53,106 bases of DNA, taken from the NCBI GenBank assembly GCA_036521675.1, contig DATDHG010000252.1, forward strand, positions 1 to 53,106. The letters run 5' to 3'. Source of the DNA: Candidatus Dormiibacterota bacterium. Its GTDB lineage: Bacteria; Chloroflexota; Dormibacteria; Aeolococcales; Aeolococcaceae. Every line of letters starts with the position of its first letter. Within the stretch, counting starts at the first letter, position 1. Below the pieces are notes generated by a model that saw only the letters and a program-made list of their open reading frames with translations, ran no database searches and was not told the DNA's origin. The position numbers were made by a program, and so were the translations under genes. Positions 8,347 through 16,633 of the stretch are shown here, piece by piece.

Positions 8347-9510
8347 GTGCTCCATGATCCAGCGCCAGACCGCCGACACGTCTTGACCGGGCTCCCGTCC
8401 GTTCATGGGCAGCGCCATCGCCGGCCCTCCCTTCGCCTGAGGCATGGCTGGCGCCACCTCGTCGTGGCGGGGCTGGCCGCCGCCTCGGTGGGCTTGGCGG
8501 CATGCGGCAGCGGGGCCTCGACGACCGGCGCCGGCGCGAGCCCGGTCACGCTGCGCCTGGGGTACCTCACCAACCTCACCCACGCGCCGGCTTTGGTGGG
8601 AGTGGACAGGGGCTTCCTGCAGCAGGCCCTGGGCGCCGGCGTCACCCTGAAGACCCAGACGTTCAACGCCGGGCCGACCGCCGTCGAGGCCATGTTCGCG
8701 GGTGCGCTCGACGCCGCCTACCTCGGTCCCAACTCGGCAATCAACGCCTTCAGCAAAAGCCATGGCGACGCCGTGCGCATCGTCTCCGGCGCCACCGTCG
8801 GGGGAGCCGCGCTCGTGGTGCGCTCCGACGAGGGCATCCACTCCGCAGCCGACCTGCGCGGCAAGCACCTCGCTTCACCCCAACTGGGCAACACCCAGGA
8901 CGTGGCGCTGCGGACCTGGCTGCTTAAGGCCGGTCTCCACACCACCCCCCGGGGCGGTGGCGACGTGCTCATCGCGCCCACCGACAACGCCGTCTCCCTC
9001 CAACTCTTCGAGCAGAAGCGGATCGACGGCGCCTGGGTCCCTGAGCCCTGGGCGAGCCGGCTCGTGGACGAGGGCGGCGGCACCGTCCTTGTCGACGAGG
9101 CCTCGCTCTGGCCGGGCGGACGCTTCGCCACCACCGAGCTGGTGGTGACACGGAGCCTGCTCCGCGACCACCCCGATGTGGTCAGGGAGCTGGTCCTGGG
9201 CAACCAGCAGACCATCGCCTGGATGACGCAGCACCCCGATGACGCCCGCACCGCCGCGGGCGCGGCGCTCGCCAGGCTCACCGGTAGGGCGCTCCCGGCC
9301 AGGGTCTTGAGCGACGCGTGGTCGCACCTCTCCTTCACCGTCGACCCAGTGATCCCAGCTCTCCTCGAGGCGGCCAAGGACGCGCACAGCGTCGGGCTGC
9401 TCGCGTCCACCGACCTCCACGGCATCGTGGACCCGCGGTTCCTCAATGCCGCGCTGCGCAACCTGGGGGTCCCGCCCATCAACGACGCAGGACTCGCCGC
9501 AGCGCCGTGA
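8347..9510 (+). CDS. ABC transporter substrate-binding lipoprotein, NitT/TauT (SsuA/TauA-like) family
   Basis: LRLGYLTNLTHAPALVGVDRGFL..., and the lipobox region HLVVAGLAAASVGLAACGSG. The start is uncertain: GTG 8347 is the first in-frame start after sat, and an internal start nearer 8437-8464 is possible. Confidence 0.8.
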   Translation: MLHDPAPDRRHVLTGLPSVHGQRHRRPSLRLRHGWRHLVVAGLAAASVGLAACGSGASTTGAGASPVTLRLGYLTNLTHAPALVGVDRGFLQQALGAGVTLKTQTFNAGPTAVEAMFAGALDAAYLGPNSAINAFSKSHGDAVRIVSGATVGGAALVVRSDEGIHSAADLRGKHLASPQLGNTQDVALRTWLLKAGLHTTPRGGGDVLIAPTDNAVSLQLFEQKRIDGAWVPEPWASRLVDEGGGTVLVDEASLWPGGRFATTELVVTRSLLRDHPDVVRELVLGNQQTIAWMTQHPDDARTAAGAALARLTGRALPARVLSDAWSHLSFTVDPVIPALLEAAKDAHSVGLLASTDLHGIVDPRFLNAALRNLGVPPINDAGLAAAP

Positions 9511-10367
9511 CGGGCGCCGTGACCGTCCCCGCCCGCGCCTCGGCTCCGCCGGTCGACCGCCCGGTGCCCGGCGGCCAGACGGCCGCGTTCGGGCGGGAGC
9601 CAGGACGGCTGGACGCCGCCCCGGCGGCGGTGGCGCTGGAGGCGGTGACGCGCGTCTACGGCAGTGGAGCCGGGGCGCTCCTCGCCGTCGATCGCGTCGA
9701 TCTGCGCGTGCGGCGGGGGGAGTTCCTCTGCCTGCTGGGGGCGTCGGGGTGCGGCAAGTCGACGCTGCTCTCGTTGATGGCTGGACTGGACGTGCCCACC
9801 GTGGGCACCGTTCGGGTCGAGGGTGGCCGTCCCGCGCTCGTCTTTCAGGATGGCGGGCTGCTCCCCTGGCTCACCGTCGAGCGCAACGTGGAGCTGCCCA
9901 TGCGGCTGGGCGGCGTGCCGCGACACGAGCGCCGCGCCCACACCGAACGGTTGCTGCGGCTCGTGCACCTCAATGGTTTTGGCCAGAGCCGGCCGCATCA
10001 GTTGAGCGGGGGGATGCGCCAGCGCGTCGCCCTGGCCCGCGCCCTGGCCCAGCAAGCCGACGTGCTCCTCATGGATGAGCCCTTCGCGGCGCTGGACGCG
10101 ATCACGCGCGACATCCTCCACGAGGACCTGGCCCGCATCCAGGCCGCCGCCGCGGCGACGGTGGTGTTCGTGACCCACAACGTGCGCGAGGCGGTCCGCC
10201 TGGGTGACCGGCTGGTGCTGCTCACATCGCGACCGGGGCGCGTCTCCCAGGAATGGGAGATCGACCTGCCGCGGCCCCGGCGCCTCGACGACACTGCCGG
10301 CGCCGCCCTGGCGCAGGACATCACCGACTCACTGCGTGCGGAGATCAGCCGTCATGGTCGTCGCTGA
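9507..10367 (+). CDS. ABC transporter ATP-binding protein (NitT/TauT family)
   Basis: Walker A GASGCGKSTLL, signature LSGGMRQRVALARAL, Walker B LLMDEPFAALD. GTG 9507 overlaps the upstream TGA. Confidence 0.85.
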   Translation: MTGAVTVPARASAPPVDRPVPGGQTAAFGREPGRLDAAPAAVALEAVTRVYGSGAGALLAVDRVDLRVRRGEFLCLLGASGCGKSTLLSLMAGLDVPTVGTVRVEGGRPALVFQDGGLLPWLTVERNVELPMRLGGVPRHERRAHTERLLRLVHLNGFGQSRPHQLSGGMRQRVALARALAQQADVLLMDEPFAALDAITRDILHEDLARIQAAAAATVVFVTHNVREAVRLGDRLVLLTSRPGRVSQEWEIDLPRPRRLDDTAGAALAQDITDSLRAEISRHGRR

Positions 10368-11220
10368 TGCGCCGCTCGAGGTGCTCGAGTCGGGGCTCGA
10401 CGCGCTCGAGTTCAGCAGGGTCGCGGCGCCGCCGCGCTGGCGACGGGTGGTGACCGTGGCACTTCCCAAGGTGTGCGCGGTGGTGGTGCTCATCGGCGCC
10501 TGGCAGCTCGTGGTGAGCCTCGGGATGAAGCCGACCTACGTCATCCCGCCTCCGCTCGACGTGTGGCACGATTTCACGGATCTGCTCGGCACCGGTCAGA
10601 TCACGGAGATGATCTGGACCAGCCTGCGGCGCGGTGTCGTCGGATACCTGGCCGCAATTGCCATCGGCACTCCGCTGGGGCTTCTGATCGCGCGCGTGCG
10701 CTTCGTGCGCCTGGCGATCGGCTCGCTTGTGGCCGGGCTGCAGACCCTCCCCTCGGTGGTTTGGGTTATCCCTGGCGTCATCTGGTTCGGGCTCACCGAG
10801 ACGACCATCTATCTCGTGGTCATCCTGGGCGCGGTTCCGTCGGTGGCCCAGGGCGTGGTGTCGGCGCTCGACAGCCAGCCGCCGCTGCTCCTGCGGGTGG
10901 GGCGCTCGATGGGAGCCCGCGGCGTCGCGCTCTACTGGCACATCATCCTGCCCGGCGCTCTGCCAGGCTACCTGGCCGGCCTCAAGCAGGCGTGGTCCTT
11001 CTCCTGGCGGTCGCTGATGGCTGCGGAGATCATCACCCAGAGCCCCGACCTCGGTTTTGGGTTGGGGCAGCAACTGAACAACGCCCAGGTGCAGAGCGAC
11101 ATGACCCTTGCGCTGATGGCGATCCTGCTCATCCTGGTGGTCGGCGTGGCCGTCGATTCGCTGGTCTTCGCCCCCCTCGACCGGGCCGTGCGGCGGCGTC
11201 GTGGGCTGGAGGCGGCGTAG
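10354..11220 (+). CDS. ABC transporter permease (BPD_transp_1 type)
   Basis: Multi-TM protein with an EAA-like loop (GRSMGARGVALYWHIILPGALPGYLAGLKQAWSFSWRSLMAAE). ATG 10354 overlaps the ATPase gene end by 14 nt. Confidence 0.85.
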   Translation: MVVADAPLEVLESGLDALEFSRVAAPPRWRRVVTVALPKVCAVVVLIGAWQLVVSLGMKPTYVIPPPLDVWHDFTDLLGTGQITEMIWTSLRRGVVGYLAAIAIGTPLGLLIARVRFVRLAIGSLVAGLQTLPSVVWVIPGVIWFGLTETTIYLVVILGAVPSVAQGVVSALDSQPPLLLRVGRSMGARGVALYWHIILPGALPGYLAGLKQAWSFSWRSLMAAEIITQSPDLGFGLGQQLNNAQVQSDMTLALMAILLILVVGVAVDSLVFAPLDRAVRRRRGLEAA

Positions 11221-11262
11221 CGGCGGCGAGGTCCACCAGGGATAACCCTCAACTCAACTCCG

Positions 11263-12279
11263 GTGGTGGCCCCGATGACGGCGCCGCAGCGGGTCGTCAT
11301 CATCGTGCCGATGAACGCGATGCTCGAGGCCCGCCACCGGCCCCAGGCTCAAGCCGGCCACTCGCTGGGATGGGCCCGACTGACGGGGGCGCTCCTCATC
11401 GCACAGGGAGCGCTGCTCATCGCCGCGGTCGGGTCGACCATCGATTCACCAAACTCGTCGCCGGTCGAGACCGTTGTGTGGGCAGCCCTGCTCGCCAGTC
11501 CATCGATTGCTCTGGGAGCCGCGTTCGCCGCAGGGAGGTCGCCGCGACGCACGGCCTTCACCGTCGAGATCGCGCTCGTGTTCCTCGTGGCACCGATGCT
11601 CTGGGCGTATTCGGCGGAAGTCGCAACCCATGACCTCACCATGAAGGCCCCTGCCGACCTCCTCGTATCCGCTGCAGCGGTCATCGTGACGCTGGTGAAA
11701 TGCGGTCGCACCAGGACCGGCGGTCTCAGCCAAGGACCCGCCGCGACCACGGAGCACGTCGACGGCACGACCAACATGCGCGACGAGGCCCTCGGCCGCC
11801 CCGCAGCCGATGAGCTCAACCAAGCCGAGCGTCCGATGCGACGATTGAGGAGGGTGGCCGTGCTTGCGGCCATCCTCATGGTGGCTGCCGCTGTGACCCA
11901 GGCGTCGGGCTATGTGCTCTACAGCCTCGAGACTCCGAGGGAAGCCCTTGGAACGTTCTGGGCAGCCATCTTGATCGGGGCCATCCCTGGGGTTACCACT
12001 GCCGGTGCAATCGTGCGCGCCATCCGGCGTCGCGACAATCCCCGGGGAACGATCCTCAGGCTGCGCATCAGCGCCGCGGTGGGGCTCCCATTCATCTTCG
12101 TCGGCGGGGCCTTGTCAGGTTTCGGCCTCGCGTTCTTGGATCCGCCCTCGGGCTCACCTGCCGCGCTCGCCGCCTCCGTCTACGTTGTCACGTTTCTCGC
12201 CGCGGTCCTTGGCGACATCGTTCTTCTGGTTGTAGCCCTGTTCACACGGCCCCCCGCGCGGTCGCCTTTTGTGCGCTGA
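11263..12279 (+). CDS. Hypothetical polytopic membrane protein (two similar ~4-TM halves)
   Basis: The only ORF here with a membrane-protein-like composition. About 8 hydrophobic segments separated by basic loops. Visibly more A/T-ending codons than neighbouring genes. No family recognised. Confidence 0.5.
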   Translation: MVAPMTAPQRVVIIVPMNAMLEARHRPQAQAGHSLGWARLTGALLIAQGALLIAAVGSTIDSPNSSPVETVVWAALLASPSIALGAAFAAGRSPRRTAFTVEIALVFLVAPMLWAYSAEVATHDLTMKAPADLLVSAAAVIVTLVKCGRTRTGGLSQGPAATTEHVDGTTNMRDEALGRPAADELNQAERPMRRLRRVAVLAAILMVAAAVTQASGYVLYSLETPREALGTFWAAILIGAIPGVTTAGAIVRAIRRRDNPRGTILRLRISAAVGLPFIFVGGALSGFGLAFLDPPSGSPAALAASVYVVTFLAAVLGDIVLLVVALFTRPPARSPFVR

Positions 12280-12307
12280 GGGCGAGGAGAAGCAGGTTCA
12301 CCCCGCC

Positions 12308-13498
12308 TCAGCTGCGCCGCGTGCTCGCCGGCGAAGCAGCGAACGTTCGCGGCGGCGGGAAGTCGGTCGGCAGGTCGGCCACTTCCACCTGGAACAGCGC
12401 GGTGGGCGCGCTCAAACCCTGCAGTTGATGCAGGCCGAGGTCTCCGAAGCCAACGCCGACCGTCGGCGAGTTTCCGATCGCGTCCTTGGCCGGGCCGGAC
12501 AAGACGATCTGACCGCCGTGGCCCGCGAAGCAGACCCGCGCCGCGGTGTGGACGGCAAGGCCCACGTAGCCGTTGTCCGTCAGCGTGGGGAAGCCGGCGT
12601 GCAGGCCGACGCGGAGCCGGATCTGCCGGTCGTCGGGCCAGGCACGCGCGAACGTCTTGCGCTGGATGGAGAGCGCAGCGTCGAGGGCAGCAGGCGCACG
12701 CTCGAAGACCGCGAACAACTCGTCCGCGCGTGCGTCCACTTCGCGACCGCCCGAGGCGCGGATCGCCGTCCGAAGCAGGCGGCGTACATCGGCGAGGACC
12801 GCCGAATAGCGCGTCCCCAGGCGTCGCACCAGCCCGGTCGAGTCCTCGATATCCGCCAGGAGGAAGGTCACGAAGCCGGTCGGCAGCGTTCCGGCCTCGG
12901 TGGCGCGAGCCTCGATCTCTCCGAGCATCCGCTCGTTTTCGATGGCGAGCCTCACCGCCGCAGTCACAGTGCGCGCAAGTGCCGGGTCGTTCAGCACAGC
13001 AGGGCTGTGGACGAGCGCGCTCATGGGCCGGCCGTGGCGTTCGAGCAGCGTCATCGCGCGGCCATCTCCATCCGCCGGCAGGATCGCGGCGTGCCCCGCG
13101 CGATCGAGGTAGCCCGCCGCCGCATCGGACCAGTGCAGGACCACGAGCGTCGGATCGCCGAGCACGGACCGCAGCCGCTCCTCGAGGTCCTCGGACGCCC
13201 CCAGGTCGCCGAGCTCGATGACCGCCCGGCCGGCCGCCGCCTGCAGGCTCTGCGTGCGCAGCTGGCCGGTCATGAACCCGACGGGCACGATCCCGTACTT
13301 CCTGGCCGCCCTGAGCAGCCTCGTGCGTGCGCGACCGCGGGCCGCTTCGTCCTCGAAGGCGGTCTGGTTGAAGCGGGCCAGCGCGTTGCGAACATGGGCC
13401 TCGTCGTTGATGGGTAGCCGCCGGCGGCCGCGAGAATCCACGTAGGCGAAGGCGCTGTCCGGCAGCCGAGCACGGGCCTTCTCGTTGAGTGGGGGCAT
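12308..13498 (-). CDS. Multidomain signalling protein with C-terminal class-III adenylate/guanylate-cyclase homology domain
   Basis: Start at ATG 13496-13498 (MPPLNEKARARLPDSAFAYV...). The C-terminal CHD has GFVTFLLADIEDSTGL, RVGLHAG and GLAVHTAARV...GGQIVLS. The remainder of ORF 12308..13684 upstream is probably non-coding. Confidence 0.8.
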   Translation of the reverse strand: MPPLNEKARARLPDSAFAYVDSRGRRRLPINDEAHVRNALARFNQTAFEDEAARGRARTRLLRAARKYGIVPVGFMTGQLRTQSLQAAAGRAVIELGDLGASEDLEERLRSVLGDPTLVVLHWSDAAAGYLDRAGHAAILPADGDGRAMTLLERHGRPMSALVHSPAVLNDPALARTVTAAVRLAIENERMLGEIEARATEAGTLPTGFVTFLLADIEDSTGLVRRLGTRYSAVLADVRRLLRTAIRASGGREVDARADELFAVFERAPAALDAALSIQRKTFARAWPDDRQIRLRVGLHAGFPTLTDNGYVGLAVHTAARVCFAGHGGQIVLSGPAKDAIGNSPTVGVGFGDLGLHQLQGLSAPTALFQVEVADLPTDFPPPRTFAASPASTRRS

Positions 13499-13589
13499 CG
13501 CTCCAATGATAGATAGCCGGCAGGAGGCCCGCGCCCATGGCACCTCCTCGCCGACGATTTCAATCCGCACCGTATACATCGGGATTTGC

Positions 13590-14972
13590 TCAGACGGCGT
13601 TCGCCTCCAGAGCTTCGGCGTGTGAACGCAGGGCGTCCGCAACCGGCCGAAATCGGGCGTCTCGTGCGGCTTCATCATCGGCAAGCACCGACGCGTCGCG
13701 CAGGTGCTCGGCCATCAGCAGCCAGGCCGCCCGACGGTGCGGCAGCAGGTAGTCGGGCTGGTAGAAGAGCTCGAAGGTCGGCCCTGCAGTCTTTCCGGGA
13801 TGCTCGGGGCCCACCGGAAGCGCGGTGAGGATATCGGCGAGCGGCTCGATGACGTCGAACATGACTCCGACGGCCACGTCTGCAAGCGTCTTGACCTGGT
13901 CGTCGGACTCGTCGACATGGCACATCAAGCGGTACAGCAGCTGCAGCAAGACCTCGTAGGCCACATTGCAGAGGTCGGCGACACGCGCCGTGCGCGGATC
14001 GGTGATCAGCTCCGCCTGCGCGCCCGTCTCGGGAGGCCGGACCAGCACGGGGAGCACGGGTCGAGCGACCTCCAGTCCGGGGCTCGTCTCCATCATGTCG
14101 AGGTACTCGTTCAGGACTGTGAGGAAGCGCCCGAAATGAGCGCTCCGCCAGTCTCCGCGTGGACCCTCACCCTGCTCGACGATGGCCTCGATGGCGCGCA
14201 CCGCGCCGTCGACGCTGGTGATCGGCGCGAGCTCCTCCCAGCCGAACAGCTCCCCGCCGGCCTGGGACTCCGCGGGGCCGAGGAAGAGCCTTTCCTCGCC
14301 GACCTTGCCCGCGAGGTGGCGGAAGCCCGCCTCGATCGAGCGATACAGATGGCCGACAGTCTGAAACTCCTGGAGGTGCGGAGCGATCTCGTCCTCGCTC
14401 ATCACGGGCACCGCGGAGTCCACGGCGTCCAGCCCGTCGGCGTCTTCGATGTCCATCCCCTCGGGTCTTTCGAGGAAGAGGAAGTGCCGGAGCGCCTGCT
14501 CGCCGAAGGGGAGCAAGGTGAGCCTCACCCCGGCGGGGTAGTGCTTGGCGGGTTGGGGGAGGTTGGGGCGTGACAGGTGCGGGCTGGCGCCGAGTGATGT
14601 CACGAGGTTGCAGTTGATGGCCAGGTGCAGCATCTCCTGTTTTGCCACCAGGAGAATGGTCGACCGCCATCGGTTCACCGCGGCGAGTTGCTCCTCTGTG
14701 AGGCCCTCGTCGACCGAACGCTTGAGGGAGAATGCGGCGAACAGGTACTCGCACATGAGCGCGTGCTCGAGCTCGGCCGCGGCGCACAGCATGTAGATCA
14801 GCGGCTCGCGGTGCTCGATGACGATGTCGCGCTCCTCGAGCGGCGCACTGCGGCGGAGCGCGAGGACCTGGCCCAGCCTCCCCTTGATCGACTCGAGCTC
14901 GTCGCCCGCCGACGTCCCGCGGTCAGTGGCCTTGGCGAGGGTCGTTTGCTTCGGCGCGTCTGGGGCGGTCAT
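13590..14972 (-). CDS. Ferritin-like (di-iron four-helix-bundle) domain protein
   Basis: Two ExxH motifs (AAAELEHALMCEYL and KQEMLHLAINCNL), typical of the Ferritin_like family. ATG 14972 is preferred because GAGGGAG lies 5 nt upstream; GTG 14978 is an alternative. Confidence 0.75.
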   Translation of the reverse strand: MTAPDAPKQTTLAKATDRGTSAGDELESIKGRLGQVLALRRSAPLEERDIVIEHREPLIYMLCAAAELEHALMCEYLFAAFSLKRSVDEGLTEEQLAAVNRWRSTILLVAKQEMLHLAINCNLVTSLGASPHLSRPNLPQPAKHYPAGVRLTLLPFGEQALRHFLFLERPEGMDIEDADGLDAVDSAVPVMSEDEIAPHLQEFQTVGHLYRSIEAGFRHLAGKVGEERLFLGPAESQAGGELFGWEELAPITSVDGAVRAIEAIVEQGEGPRGDWRSAHFGRFLTVLNEYLDMMETSPGLEVARPVLPVLVRPPETGAQAELITDPRTARVADLCNVAYEVLLQLLYRLMCHVDESDDQVKTLADVAVGVMFDVIEPLADILTALPVGPEHPGKTAGPTFELFYQPDYLLPHRRAAWLLMAEHLRDASVLADDEAARDARFRPVADALRSHAEALEANAV

Positions 14973-15065
14973 GGTCACTCCCTCTATCGCATGCAGCTGA
15001 ACGGATCGGAGAGAGCAACATGATGACCAACCCCTTCGACATCGGCGCAGACCATTGCTGCACCA

Positions 15066-16499
15066 TCAAGCGGCTGCCAGTGCCGGCTCGGGCTGGACCT
15101 CGGCCGCGAGGTGCCGGCGTCCGGGCACGAGCAGCGCGGCGATGGTGCCGATGGCGGACAGTCCCACGCCGACCCAGAGTGCTGTGGTGAAGCCATCAAT
15201 GAACGCCCGCGGCGAGCCATAGACGTCGTGGCGAGCAAACACGGACGCCAGGACGGCGACACCGAAGACCCCTCCGAGCTCGCGCAGCGCGCTGTTCGTC
15301 CCCGAGGCGACGCCCGCCTCCTGGAGCGGGACCGAGCCCATCACCGCGTTGGCAACCGTTGGGAAGCAGAATGAGGTCCCCGCGCCTGCCACCGTGAAAG
15401 CCACCCCGAGCTCCGCGAAGCCCATGCCCGCGCTCGCGATCAACGCGATCCATGCGTACCCGACCGCCTGGAGAGCCAGGCCGAGCACCATGAACGGGCG
15501 GTTGCCGTAGCGGTCCGCGAGCATGCCCGCCAGCGGAGCGATCACCATCGGCGTCGCCGTCCAGGGGAGGAGACGGATGCCGGCCCCGAGTGGAGAGTAT
15601 CCGAGCGCCGTCTGCAGGAACTGCGCCATCAGGAAGAGCGCGCCGAAGAGCCCGGCATACATGAAGAAGCTGACCGCGTTGGCGCTCGCAAAGCCACGCT
15701 GGCGAAAGAGGGCGAGCGGAAGCATCGGGCTGGGGGCCCGGCGCTCCCAGGCGAGAAAAACGGCCACCAGCATCGCTCCGGTGAGTAGCGAGGTGATCAC
15801 CTCTGCGCTCCCCCAGCCGGCGGTTGTCGCGCGAACCAGGCCCCAGGTCAAGCCGAGCGCACCGGCCGCAGCGAGAGCCAGGCCGACGAGGTCAAGGCGC
15901 GGTCGCGGGCCGAAACTCTCGGTCAGCCGGGATCCGGCAAGCGGGATGAGGACCAGTCCGACCGGCACGTTGAGCCAGAAGATCCAGTGCCAGTCGATGC
16001 CGCCGACGATCGCGCCGCCGACGACCGGCCCGGCGGCCACGGCCAGGCCGGCGATGCCGCCCCACAGCCCGATGGCCGCGCCGCGCTTCTCGACGGGGAA
16101 GGCCTCGCTGATCAGCGTCAGTGTGAGCGGCATCACGATCGCTGCGCCCGCGCCCTGCACCGCGCGGGCCGCGATCAGCGCGTCAACGCTAGGCGAGAGT
16201 GCCGCCGCAGCGGACGCTGCGGTGAAGACGAAAAGTCCTACGGTGAACATGCGCCGCCGGCCGAATCGGTCGCCGAGCGCGGCGCCGGTCAGGAGGAAGC
16301 AGGCGAAGGCGAGGTTGTAGGCGTTGACGGTCCACTCGAGGTCGGAGAGGCTCGCGCCAAGGTCGACGCGCAGCACCGGCAGGGCGGTGGTGACGACGAG
16401 CGTATCCAGCGCGGTCATGAACACCGCGAGCGATGCGATGGCGAGGGTCCAGGCCTTGTGCGGCGCGGACCTGTCAGCGACGACGGCTTTGCGGGCCAT
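15066..16499 (-). CDS. MFS transporter, DHA2 (EmrB/QacA-like, 14-TMS) family
   Basis: 477 aa. N-terminal MFS motifs (LDTLVVTTALPVL, GALGDRFGRRRMF). 14 hydrophobic segments. GGAGGA Shine-Dalgarno upstream. Confidence 0.9.
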   Translation of the reverse strand: MARKAVVADRSAPHKAWTLAIASLAVFMTALDTLVVTTALPVLRVDLGASLSDLEWTVNAYNLAFACFLLTGAALGDRFGRRRMFTVGLFVFTAASAAAALSPSVDALIAARAVQGAGAAIVMPLTLTLISEAFPVEKRGAAIGLWGGIAGLAVAAGPVVGGAIVGGIDWHWIFWLNVPVGLVLIPLAGSRLTESFGPRPRLDLVGLALAAAGALGLTWGLVRATTAGWGSAEVITSLLTGAMLVAVFLAWERRAPSPMLPLALFRQRGFASANAVSFFMYAGLFGALFLMAQFLQTALGYSPLGAGIRLLPWTATPMVIAPLAGMLADRYGNRPFMVLGLALQAVGYAWIALIASAGMGFAELGVAFTVAGAGTSFCFPTVANAVMGSVPLQEAGVASGTNSALRELGGVFGVAVLASVFARHDVYGSPRAFIDGFTTALWVGVGLSAIGTIAALLVPGRRHLAAEVQPEPALAAA

Positions 16500-16522
16500 C
16501 CTGGTTCCTCCAGTGCAGATGG

Positions 16523-16544
16523 ACAGGGCCCGTCAGGGGCCTGT
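16523..16544 (-). promoter_or_regulatory. Hairpin (9-bp stem with one mismatch, 4-nt loop) in the predicted 5' leader of the MFS gene
   Basis: ACAGGGCCC (16523-16531), loop GTCA, GGGGCCTGT (16536-16544). It lies between the putative -10 element (16552-16555) and the SD/ATG of the MFS gene. Confidence 0.35.
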
Positions 16545-16551
16545 GTCAACC

Positions 16552-16578
16552 AACGAACGCGATGGCGGCGAATGGACA
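16552..16578 (-). promoter_or_regulatory. Putative ECF-sigma-dependent promoter upstream of the MFS gene
   Basis: On the coding strand: TGTCCA, 17-nt spacer (TTCGCCGCCATCGCGTT), then CGTT. 23 of 29 positions are identical to the motif upstream of the yciI-like gene at 18285-18313. Confidence 0.4.
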
Positions 16579-16633
16579 CTCCACCGCCGACGGCACGCGT
16601 TGGCCGGGCGTCGTCAGCGCGTGAGAGATGCCC

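Noticed and set aside
14985-15066. Small ORF starting at an ATG that overlaps the MFS stop codon (MVQQWSAPMSKGLVIMLL...), possibly a coupled micropeptide.
   Set aside because: The frame simply runs on into the ferritin-like gene's start region with no sensible stop. It has no Shine-Dalgarno and no coding-like third-position bias.
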